64,000 nucleotides of DNA from assembly GCF_003790525.1 (NCBI RefSeq), contig NZ_CP033635.1. The stretch is one strand, 5' to 3'. This document shows positions 37,939-46,519 of this stretch, in pieces. The notes beneath the pieces are model-generated. The model worked only from the letters and a program-made list of their open reading frames with translations, ran no database searches and had not been told where the DNA came from. The DNA is from Escherichia coli. Its GTDB lineage: Bacteria; Pseudomonadota; Gammaproteobacteria; Enterobacterales; Enterobacteriaceae. The position numbers were made by a program, and so were the translations under genes. Within the stretch, counting starts at the first letter, position 1, and each line of letters opens with the position of its first letter.

Positions 37939-38015
37939 TACTGTGCATGGTGTAAGATTAAAGCGTTTTGCAAAAGATGTACAAGTTGTTTTTATCCGGA
38001 TTTAATATCATGGAC

Positions 38016-38696
38016 TCACTTTTCTTTTGTGTCAGTGGGTACTGCATTGTTTATTAGCCACGGCAATTGTTGATTACCCTGTATTTTTCGGATGTAGTTA
38101 TCAATAATATCTTTTGTTTCATCACTATTATTATAAAAAGATTCAAGTGTGCATATAAAATCATCATTTAATGCAGGTAGCAGGATTATGTTTTTTACTG
38201 TGAACCGGATATGACGATTACTCAGTGTTTTTAAATAAAGTTTCTTTCCAATAACAGGATTTACATTGAAAATATTGTAACAGATTTCCACTGTGTTTTC
38301 TGAAGGTGCGTATAATACGTATGCCGGATATTTTTTATGAAGTTTTATCAGGCAATTTATAAAGTCTAAGGAATTTGTTTGTTTTGCTTTTTCTCGCATC
38401 TTATTTACGTGTTGCGAAAAGAAATATGCTTTTGTAAATATAAAAAGAAAAATAAGCGCAGTGTTTAACAGAAATGTGATGGCAATTGTTATAAATAACC
38501 ATTTACCTGAACCTGTATTAAAGATATGGGATGAAAGATACCCACCTGTCAGCAACAAAAATATAAATAATAATGACTGCATTTTTTCCTGGTTGTTTAT
38601 TGATGATTTCAGACACAGAAATATAACAACACATGCAAAGCTCCAGAAAAATATAACAGCAAAATCCATATTATCACCTTTTGTCTGACAGTTCAT
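38016..38696 (-). CDS. hypothetical membrane protein (AT-rich cassette)
   Basis: Three N-terminal TM helices then soluble Lys/Asn-rich domain; very AT-rich codons. Confidence 0.4.
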   Translation of the reverse strand: MNCQTKGDNMDFAVIFFWSFACVVIFLCLKSSINNQEKMQSLLFIFLLLTGGYLSSHIFNTGSGKWLFITIAITFLLNTALIFLFIFTKAYFFSQHVNKMREKAKQTNSLDFINCLIKLHKKYPAYVLYAPSENTVEICYNIFNVNPVIGKKLYLKTLSNRHIRFTVKNIILLPALNDDFICTLESFYNNSDETKDIIDNYIRKIQGNQQLPWLINNAVPTDTKEK

Positions 38697-38795
38697 TTGT
38701 TGATGCTATCACGATATTCGCGATGCGGTAAATATATCAATATGTTGGTTTATTTGTGTAATACATTATTTCCCATGCGCCATAAAATCAGTCTG

Positions 38796-39070
38796 TTGAC
38801 GATAGCTTTTTTCTTTTGTTATTCTGTACCCGCTTTAACTGTCGCTTCGGCGACCAACCAATCTCCCGGTGGTCTGAGAGGGAGGCTTACGCGACCACAC
38901 TGTCATCTCAGGATGACCAGCCAATGTTCCGGCAGTCTGAGAGGAGCGCCTTCGGGTGACTGCAATATCCCATGAGCCTGGAAGAGGATGCCTATATGGC
39001 GGCAACATCCGTTTAGCCTCTGGAAACGGATGTCACCAGTAGCTGGTGACTGAGGTACGTTATTTTTACC
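38796..39070 (+). ncRNA. candidate structured RNA or ssDNA element, two modules (copy 2)
   Basis: -35-like TTGACG 38796; hairpin GTCGC-TTCG-GCGAC; modules matching copy 1 A and B; terminal hairpin GTCACCAG-TAGC-TGGTGAC + T-run near 39031-39068. Confidence 0.45.
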
Positions 39071-39818
39071 TTCGGATTACCCGTACGGTTTTGTATGTCA
39101 TGAAACTTACGAGTTTTCCTCTCGCAGAGTGGCGAAAATGCCTTATATATCTGCGTCTTAAAGATTTTCTGTCTGGCTGCATGAGCTTCTTGTGACTGTG
39201 CGCACGGCATAAGGCCATTTGAAATTTGGCTGCTTGCGTGTGTACGTGGAGTCTGAAGCTGTGCGGCGTCACTTGCGTGCGACCGGAGGGAACACCAAGT
39301 GACGCCACAACAATCTGCCCTGAAAGCAGCATCACGTAAGGCCAGCCAGAAAATCGTCGCTCGTGACCAGCGTTCTGATGACCGTTTCGTCTGTCTGACA
39401 GCGTCTTTCAGTAACGTGTCCATGCCTTTCCGGCGCGTCCGTTTTCACGGACGGCCACGCCGGAATGTCTTTTTAAACTTCATAATACATGAGAGGTAAG
39501 TGTATTAAATAGTTGAAAAAAGGAATAAATATGAAAAATCGTTCTGATGTCGGAAGGCGTCATCGTAAGATGACGGGGAGTAAAAAATCGCCCTGGTGCA
39601 CAGGTAGCGAACTCCTGTAAAAACTCAACATGTGCAAGCTCTGCTACATCGACATCAAACGAGCCAGGAAGGCGAGCAACCGCGTTACAGAGCCGTCCGT
39701 GATGACGAAAAACTAACAATATCAACGATCTGGTCTGTTTATCGGAAGGGCATCTCATGCAGTTGAACTTTCAGAACGGATGGTTTTCTGCATCTTTTTT
39801 AACAGGGGGATTGACGTT

Positions 39819-40736
39819 ATGTCCCGTAAATCGTCACGTTCCAAAGTTGAAGTCTTTCGCAAGTCATTCATCTCACTTGCCCGTGATTGTGGTGGCAGCT
39901 ACGCAACAACCGCTGACAGAATGCGAATTGCCAGATACTTTTTGAATTATTTGCAAGTAAACGGTATCAAACTTCGTCAGACGGGCAGTATTAAGACGAG
40001 GCATATTTCTGGTTATCTTCTCAGCAGGAAAGAGCAGGGGATCTCTCACCGCACAATTCAGAATGAACGGGCAGTTATGCGCGCAATTCTAGAGAAAGAT
40101 GGTCGCCTTAAAATAGCGGATCCGTCCAATCCTTTATTGAGCAATGAAGCTCTTGGACTCAGGGATACATGCCGTGATGGTAAAAAGATACCACTCTCAC
40201 AGGATGAGTTTAATAAAGCCTTCAGTAAGGTTGAAAAAAATAATCCCGGTGTTGCTGCAGTAATGCAAATTTCTTATGTTCTTGGACTGAGGACAAAAGA
40301 AGCTGTTCAGTCTTGTAAATCAGTTAACTCGTGGCTACGTGAACTTGATTCAGGGCATGATTCTCTTCTCGTTGTTTTTGGGACGAAAGGTGGAAGGCCC
40401 AGAGATACAACGATCATTAATCGTGATGCAGTGAAACATGCGCTCATTTATGCAAAAAACATTATGGATAAACAGAATGGTAAACTTATCGATTGCCCCA
40501 ATATTAAACAGGCTATAAACGTATATCGTTACCATGTAAGAAAAGCTGGTTTATCTGGAGTGAAGGCACCACATAGTATGCGTTATCATTTTTCGCAGGA
40601 AGCAAGGCAGTTTTATCGAAAAAGTGGATATGGAGATAAAGAAATTTACGCAAGGGTTTCCATGGACCTTGGTCATGGTGACGGAAGAGGGCGTTATGTA
40701 AAACAGGTCTACTTTAAAGGCGATGATGAGAGCTGA
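39819..40736 (+). CDS. tyrosine recombinase/integrase-like protein
   Basis: ATG 39819 preceded by GGGGGA; SAM-like N-terminal region; candidate catalytic residues GLRTKEA, HSMRYHF, GRGRYVKQVY. Confidence 0.5.
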   Translation: MSRKSSRSKVEVFRKSFISLARDCGGSYATTADRMRIARYFLNYLQVNGIKLRQTGSIKTRHISGYLLSRKEQGISHRTIQNERAVMRAILEKDGRLKIADPSNPLLSNEALGLRDTCRDGKKIPLSQDEFNKAFSKVEKNNPGVAAVMQISYVLGLRTKEAVQSCKSVNSWLRELDSGHDSLLVVFGTKGGRPRDTTIINRDAVKHALIYAKNIMDKQNGKLIDCPNIKQAINVYRYHVRKAGLSGVKAPHSMRYHFSQEARQFYRKSGYGDKEIYARVSMDLGHGDGRGRYVKQVYFKGDDES

Positions 40737-40739
40737 TAT

Positions 40740-41480
40740 TTAAAATGAATCCGGAGGATATGTGTTTTTCGCGAACTTATTAATTTCTGTAATAAGAATT
40801 TCTGATGCACGATTACACATGCTCTCATTAAAGTATCCTATATGGCATTCATGGATGCGGCAATTTAGTTTTCTGGATAGCCATCTGTTTGCCTCGTTAC
40901 GGGATATATTTGTTTTTTGCTGATAGCTGTCAAAAAGTTTACGCACTTGTGCTCTGAGTATTCTCAAATTTTCTTTAGCTGGAGTACCTAATGGTCTCCC
41001 TGAATTTTTATGACATCCAACCCATGCATTGCATGGGCTGCAAATCCAGTAATATTTGTTTTCTGTAGTGGGTGTCGTGGAAAATGGCATAAGTGCACCT
41101 TTTCTGAGTTGTGCCTTATTACCACAGTAAGTGCAGATTACAATTGGACGAACATCTGCAATATTCAGTGCTGCATAAGTAAGACGTTCATTTTTCATCA
41201 TGTTTCGTTTTCCACAGTCAGTGAGAATATGCTTTATTGTGTCTAATTCTTCTCGGAGTATTTTTGAACGGACGCCAGTTCGATAACGCTGTTGAAAGTA
41301 GAGCTCAATATGGCGTAGTTTTATACTATTTATTGATTTTATCTGTATATTGGATTCTTTAAGAAATGAAGCAAATCTTCTGGCTCTCCCCATATATACC
41401 AGTATGTCTTCTGGTGTCGGGGCGCATGCTTTAGCTATTTTGATTAGCTCATCTTTTAATTTTTTGTATTTCGATTTCAT
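40740..41480 (-). CDS. integrase N-terminal-like domain fused to zinc-ribbon domain
   Basis: N-terminal ~100 aa resemble N-terminus of 39819 gene product; C-terminal CTYCG...CSPCN...C..H cluster; convergent, stops 3 bp apart. Confidence 0.45.
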   Translation of the reverse strand: MKSKYKKLKDELIKIAKACAPTPEDILVYMGRARRFASFLKESNIQIKSINSIKLRHIELYFQQRYRTGVRSKILREELDTIKHILTDCGKRNMMKNERLTYAALNIADVRPIVICTYCGNKAQLRKGALMPFSTTPTTENKYYWICSPCNAWVGCHKNSGRPLGTPAKENLRILRAQVRKLFDSYQQKTNISRNEANRWLSRKLNCRIHECHIGYFNESMCNRASEILITEINKFAKNTYPPDSF

Positions 41481-41593
41481 CCTGATATCTCTCTTTAAGG
41501 TTCATTAAGAGTGTTACTGAGTAAAAAAATATCAAATTAAGTATTTATTGTCATTCAGTTGTAGCTTCTCAGCCGCTCCACGACAATAACAAC

Positions 41594-41890
41594 TTGAAGT
41601 TTTATGCAGTTTGTGCTTACAATTTAAACGCTAACTTGTCGCTTCGGCGACCACCAATGTTCCATGTGGCCTGTGAGGAACGCCTTCGGGTGGCCCACGT
41701 CGCTCCGGCGACCACCAATGCTTCATCTGACCTGTGAGGAGCGCCTTCGGGTGGTCAGTTTTACACCTCCTGAGCCTGAAAGGAGCTGTGCGTGCTGAAG
41801 GGATATGTTCCCGGAAGTACGGGCAAATCTGCGCACCTTTGAGAGCAGATGTCACTGCGGTTTTCCGTGATGATGAAGGCTTTTTTATCA
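41594..41890 (+). ncRNA. candidate structured RNA or ssDNA element, two modules (copy 3, divergent)
   Basis: TTGAAG (41594) and TACAAT (41618) promoter-like pair; two modules with stems GUGGCC/GGCCCAC and CUGACC/GGUCAG around UGUGAGGA-CGCC-UUCG-GGUG; T-run near 41881. Confidence 0.4.
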
Positions 41891-42009
41891 CTGTATGACC
41901 TGAGTTATCTCTGGTCTTTAAGCGCATCGTGTTATCGCGTTGATGTGTTCACCTGACGGATTTTCCAGTCCGTCAGGGCGGAACGTCCGTCTTTTATCCG
42001 GAGGTTCCG

Positions 42010-42411
42010 ATGTTTATTCCACTTCTGTTTCGCGCAGAGATGCGCCTGACACCTTTCTTTCAGCGACTCAGACAACGTCTGTGTTATCCGGTGAGTCGTG
42101 TTCATACACAACATCCCTGGTCTTCTCCACAGTTGCGGCACCTTTACTGCACGCCGTGGTTTGTTAACGCCACCGGCAATCTGGCAGTCCGTGCCTGCAT
42201 TCTTTCCATTGACGGTTCTTTGCGACACTGCTTTGAGTTCCGTGAAGGCTCTCACAGCCGTGAATACCGTTTCTGGTTTGAGGCGCTTCCTTTGTCGGTA
42301 CTGCGTTTTAACGCTTTTACCGGTCGAATATCCGATCGCCGTACACTCTCTGCTGCCTCCCGTATGGCCGCGCAGCTTACTTCCTTTCGCTATCGCTTCG
42401 GTTTGCGCTGA
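42010..42411 (+). CDS. hypothetical Arg-rich protein
   Basis: ATG preceded by the same 18-nt TTTTATCCGGAGGTTCCG as rpn; antisense ORFs also open here. Confidence 0.35.
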   Translation: MFIPLLFRAEMRLTPFFQRLRQRLCYPVSRVHTQHPWSSPQLRHLYCTPWFVNATGNLAVRACILSIDGSLRHCFEFREGSHSREYRFWFEALPLSVLRFNAFTGRISDRRTLSAASRMAAQLTSFRYRFGLR

Positions 42412-42563
42412 AGCTGTTTGAGGTCGTTATGACCGTCATTTTCTCTACGAGCAGCGTTGTCTGATCGCGCCATTCAGAACGCGATGACAAAGCTGATTTT
42501 TCCTTAACCCGTCCGGGAGCGCTTCCGTTCGGGGAACGGTCTCTCTGTTTCTGGAGATTGTTT

Positions 42564-42950
42564 ATGGGACTCGATATTTTTTTCCTTGGGCGTGATCGTG
42601 TTTGTGTTACCGACGCAGTGGTATCGGTACCGGAAACGCGGGAAGTGGGGTACTTTCGCAAGGTTAACCCACTGATTGCCTGGTTTGAGAAGCATTGTGG
42701 ACCGCTTGAAAATGCCGTGGAGCGTCCGGTTTCCAGAACGGAACTGGAGGCACTACTGAGCGATCTTGAATGCCTTACGCCGGAGAACTGCCGGGAATTC
42801 TTCCCCACAACAGAAGGATTCTTTTTTGGCTCTCAGGAGTATGACCAGTATTACTGGAAGGATGTTGAGGACGTGAAGTCGTGGGTCAGACGCACGCTTG
42901 ATTCGTTTGATTTTGAACGAAAAATACTGTTGCTCTGGGCATGGTGGTAA
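42564..42950 (+). CDS. hypothetical protein
   Basis: ATG 42564 preceded by GGAGA; acidic. Confidence 0.4.
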   Translation: MGLDIFFLGRDRVCVTDAVVSVPETREVGYFRKVNPLIAWFEKHCGPLENAVERPVSRTELEALLSDLECLTPENCREFFPTTEGFFFGSQEYDQYYWKDVEDVKSWVRRTLDSFDFERKILLLWAWW

Positions 42951-43036
42951 CTATTTCTCAGTCCTTGTTTTTAACCATGTGATTATTCGCAGAGGCCCGA
43001 CAGCTCTGGCCTGCTTTTATTCCGGAGAATGAGATT

Positions 43037-43228
43037 ATGCAAATAAGTGCAGAAACTCGCGCTGTTTTACGTCACTACAGACAGATCATTAACGCCAGAC
43101 GGCGTGAAGATGGCATGAAAGCTCTCAGCACGCCGCAAATCGTTGATGAGATCTGTGAGTTTATGCTCAGCCAGCCAGCAGTGTATCTGGGGGGGCAGTT
43201 CATCATGCAGAAGGCCAGAACAAGATAG
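43037..43228 (+). CDS. hypothetical small protein
   Basis: 63-aa ORF with GGAGAA upstream. Confidence 0.3.
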   Translation: MQISAETRAVLRHYRQIINARRREDGMKALSTPQIVDEICEFMLSQPAVYLGGQFIMQKARTR

Positions 43229-43368
43229 CTGTCTTTGTTCATGGCTTTTCAACAGACCGTTATGCTTTCGCCACCACATGGTAAGGCGGGTCTGATTTTA
43301 CTGTTAACCGTACGGTTCACTCTCATACCGTACGGTGGGAGTGAACCCTTTTCATTAAGGACACTCTC

Positions 43369-43878
43369 ATGAAAACGAAAACTTCTGCACCTGCTGTATA
43401 TGTTGGTACCTGGGCTAAATACAACAATGGCAGCATAGAAGGATGCTGGTTTAATGATTTAACCGTTTTTGAAACTGAAAGCGATTTTTTATCTGCGGCC
43501 CGTAAGTTTCATCAGGATGAAAAAGATCCTGAATTTATGTACCAGGATTATGAAAACTTTCCTTCGGGAATGGCTTCAGAATATGGTTTCAACTGGGCTT
43601 ATGTTGAAGGTTATCGTCTTGCCCGTGAAGAAGGCTGTGAAGATGCATGGTATGCATGGGTTTCTAATACCGGTGATACCTGTTTCGAACAGTTCAGGGA
43701 GGCGTGGCTTGGTGGTCCTTATGACAGTGAACTCGAGTTCGCCGCGCAGTACGTGGATGAATGCGGTTTTCTGTCAGAGGTACCTGATACTGTTGCACGC
43801 TATTTTGATTATGAGGCTTTTGCGCGCGATTTGTTCATGGAACTGGATTTTGTCGACGGACACGTTTTCCATCGGTAA
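43369..43878 (+). CDS. ardA: antirestriction protein ArdA (DNA-mimic, anti-Type I R-M)
   Basis: Motifs AVYVGTWAKYNNGSI, DPEFMYQDYE and C-terminal ARYFDYEAFARDLFM match ArdA family; very acidic. Confidence 0.85.
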   Translation: MKTKTSAPAVYVGTWAKYNNGSIEGCWFNDLTVFETESDFLSAARKFHQDEKDPEFMYQDYENFPSGMASEYGFNWAYVEGYRLAREEGCEDAWYAWVSNTGDTCFEQFREAWLGGPYDSELEFAAQYVDECGFLSEVPDTVARYFDYEAFARDLFMELDFVDGHVFHR

Positions 43879-44074
43879 CTCACAGCCATGAGGGCGCATA
43901 TAAGCCGTGTACTGGCGGATGTGATTTCAGCATACATTCTGCTGGTTTTTTTACCGTTGTTGACAATTTTAATCATCGCGGATGAACAACCTGAACTCTG
44001 TTGTTCACCGCCCGGAGGCATCGTTCCTTCGGACGGTGTGCTCTTTCATCAGAAAGAATCAGACAGGGGGTTTT

Positions 44075-44434
44075 ATGTATTCGCGTTTTATTACTGGTTA
44101 CTGGCATCTTCAGACGCAGTCCGCTTTGCTGGCACATCTCTGTCAGCTTGAAGGTGAACTGACGATACTTCGCGCCTGGCAATGTCTCGGAATTACCCCG
44201 GTGCCGGAGGATGAAGATGAGCCTTCACCACTTTACTCAATTTTGTGGGATGTTGGTGAGGCTCTGGGCTGGTTGCTGTATGACCTGGAGATGGAAAATG
44301 TTCCTGCACCGGGAACGATTTTCCACGAGGTATTCGACAGGGTTATATCTCTGGGGTATGAGACTGAGCCCGGTATCTGGGCTGAAAGTATCAGTACCGG
44401 AAAGCGCTACGCTGCAATGCCTGACGAATTTTAA
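44075..44434 (+). CDS. hypothetical acidic protein
   Basis: ATG 44075 preceded by AGGGGG, inside track ORF 43982..44434. Confidence 0.35.
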   Translation: MYSRFITGYWHLQTQSALLAHLCQLEGELTILRAWQCLGITPVPEDEDEPSPLYSILWDVGEALGWLLYDLEMENVPAPGTIFHEVFDRVISLGYETEPGIWAESISTGKRYAAMPDEF

Positions 44435-44447
44435 TGTTTTCCACATT

Positions 44448-44488
44448 CCCACAGGGACTCATCCCTGTGGGACGGGTCCCGGCTTTTT
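44448..44488 (+). terminator. intergenic hairpin plus T-run (terminator-like)
   Basis: CCCACAGGGA-CTCA-TCCCTGTGGG 10-bp stem then GGGAC..GTCCC and TTTTT. Confidence 0.45.
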
Positions 44489-44501
44489 CAGGAGAAATTT
44501 C

Positions 44502-44840
44502 ATGAGACCCGATTTGAATACTTTACCCGGAGATTCCGGCTGCAGCGTCTGGTTCTATGACGGAATGTCTCAACCGCGTCTGCTGGCGGGCAGTATTGCC
44601 GGGTTACTGACGGATGTTACGATCACATCGAATTACCGTGGTGACGTCACATCTGAAATTCATGACGTGGTGCAGGAGTGGCTTGCGACCGGCAGGGGTA
44701 ACCTGGCGGATTTAAAGGAAGAACTCTGGTACTACAACCTCTACATAAATCCGTCGGCAGACGAACTTATGAATGCCAACAGGCGGTATGGCCTCGGACA
44801 TACCACCAGGCTGAAAGGCTTTATCAATAACGCGGCGTGA
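44502..44840 (+). CDS. hypothetical protein
   Basis: ATG 44502 preceded by AGGAGA, inside track ORF 44211..44840. Confidence 0.4.
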   Translation: MRPDLNTLPGDSGCSVWFYDGMSQPRLLAGSIAGLLTDVTITSNYRGDVTSEIHDVVQEWLATGRGNLADLKEELWYYNLYINPSADELMNANRRYGLGHTTRLKGFINNAA

Positions 44841-44915
44841 CACACCGCCATCCCGTGAGGGCTCAGCTCCTCACGGGGCTGTTCCCTCGGTGATTTTCAT
44901 ACAGAGAGGAGCAGA

Positions 44916-45353
44916 ATGATGAACGTTAAGTCTGTGACTGAGGTTGACGACGCTGTGGTTGCCCGTGTCAGTGAAGTTCTGGAATTCGCATTTCCGGGGC
45001 AGAAATTTGAAGTGCTGAAGGTATGCGATTCCGGCGTTTACAACATGATTAATGTGTACTGGCTGGACGGCCCGACACAGGCTGAAGTGCGGTTTATCAC
45101 CCGTGCGTTTGAAGGCAAAAACGGGCTGAGGTTTGTGCACGAATCCCGCGAATTCAGTAATGAATTTGTGCAGGAGTGCATTGACCGGCTTCGCCAGAAG
45201 TACGGGCATCGCAACGTTCCGCCAGAGGTGACCGTGGAGCGTTACTGGAAAAACGATCTGTGGAAGATTAAAACAGATCGTTTCCCGGGCACTATTGAGG
45301 TTGCCATCAACGAAATGGGGATGGAAACCAGTAAATACCGGAAGGTTGTATAA
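44916..45353 (+). CDS. hypothetical protein
   Basis: 145-aa ORF with GAGGAG RBS; preceded by hairpin CCGTGAGG..CCTCACGG. Confidence 0.4.
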   Translation: MMNVKSVTEVDDAVVARVSEVLEFAFPGQKFEVLKVCDSGVYNMINVYWLDGPTQAEVRFITRAFEGKNGLRFVHESREFSNEFVQECIDRLRQKYGHRNVPPEVTVERYWKNDLWKIKTDRFPGTIEVAINEMGMETSKYRKVV

Positions 45354-45460
45354 CCGGCTGGACTTTTGACGATGGCGGAATGTGACAATTCCGCTTTTCC
45401 CGTGAGGGCATTGTTCCTCACGGGACAATGCCCTCTTCATTTACCAGAGGAGCATTGATT

Positions 45461-46438
45461 ATGGCTGAATGGTGCAGAAATCGTTTTGAAATCACCGGTA
45501 AGTCAGTCTGTCTTGACGTACTGATTCAGTGGATTGAAGGGAATGATGCCCCCCGGTACCGTCATGCGATCCAGCAGAGCATACTGCTGTTTCTTGCAGG
45601 CTGTGCGGGGATACTGAAACCGGTAAGAACGGTGTCATATCCGCCTTATCCCGGGCTGGTCAGTCACGGTGCCGGCTCAACAACTGTAGCCAGTCAGGCG
45701 TTTGAACAATGGCTGGGATTACTGACCAGGGATGCCTTCCTTGATCACGAGACGGTGAAGACAATAGATCGTCTTTATCATCAGACAGGGACAGGCGCTA
45801 TCCGGTGGAGTAATCTGCCTGATACGGCGAAGGAGATAATCGGTGGTGTGCTTGCACAACAATATGCTGACTGGTTTGGCGTGGCGGATGTGTATGAACG
45901 CCCTGATAACGCCTGTCTCTGGGAGTCGTTGTTAACATTTGCGGAGTATTCGCAACCCTGTGATATGCTGCAGGTGATGCCAACACGACTGGCCACGGAG
46001 CTGAACGGAAGTGGTGGTTTGCTGAAAGGCACCGGAACGACCCGCAGTTTTTACTGCCGCCAGTTTGGTATGGAGTACCCACTGGGGCAGAATGTCCGGT
46101 GGAAACGAACCGGGCTGAGTACGTTGATACTGGAGTTTGATACCATCTGGTGTCCGCCTTCAGGTGTACTGGTGGGGGAGATTTCGGCAGTGTTTGACTG
46201 TGAGGTCCGTCACTGGTACAGCGAGCCGAAGAACGGAATCAGAGGCTATGACTGTTATGATGGTGGTGAACATACGGACAGCAATATGGAAGCCGAATGG
46301 CCACACTCTGACGATGAGGGGGAGGTCGCGGAGCATGAGCAGCCACAACTCTGTCTGATCAGGGACACGCAGCCAGGTGAACGCGTCATGGCATTAGCAT
46401 CAGTCGAGTCCCCGGGGCCAGTAGTAAAAATAGTGTAA
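45461..46438 (+). CDS. hypothetical protein with acidic C-terminus
   Basis: ATG 45461 preceded by AGAGGAG, inside track ORF 45428..46438. Confidence 0.4.
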   Translation: MAEWCRNRFEITGKSVCLDVLIQWIEGNDAPRYRHAIQQSILLFLAGCAGILKPVRTVSYPPYPGLVSHGAGSTTVASQAFEQWLGLLTRDAFLDHETVKTIDRLYHQTGTGAIRWSNLPDTAKEIIGGVLAQQYADWFGVADVYERPDNACLWESLLTFAEYSQPCDMLQVMPTRLATELNGSGGLLKGTGTTRSFYCRQFGMEYPLGQNVRWKRTGLSTLILEFDTIWCPPSGVLVGEISAVFDCEVRHWYSEPKNGIRGYDCYDGGEHTDSNMEAEWPHSDDEGEVAEHEQPQLCLIRDTQPGERVMALASVESPGPVVKIV

Positions 46439-46519
46439 TGAAACAATGCGCCACATTTTGTGGCGCTTTTTTAATAAATCAGTGATGGCAGAGTTGTTAT
46501 TGTAAATAACTCTCCGTGT

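Noticed and set aside
44852-45424. Intergenic perfect-stem hairpins in the ardA block as a novel repeat family
   Set aside because: Stems differ in sequence and each is followed by or close to T-rich tracts; most simply explained as intergenic terminators or attenuators, so reported only as context.
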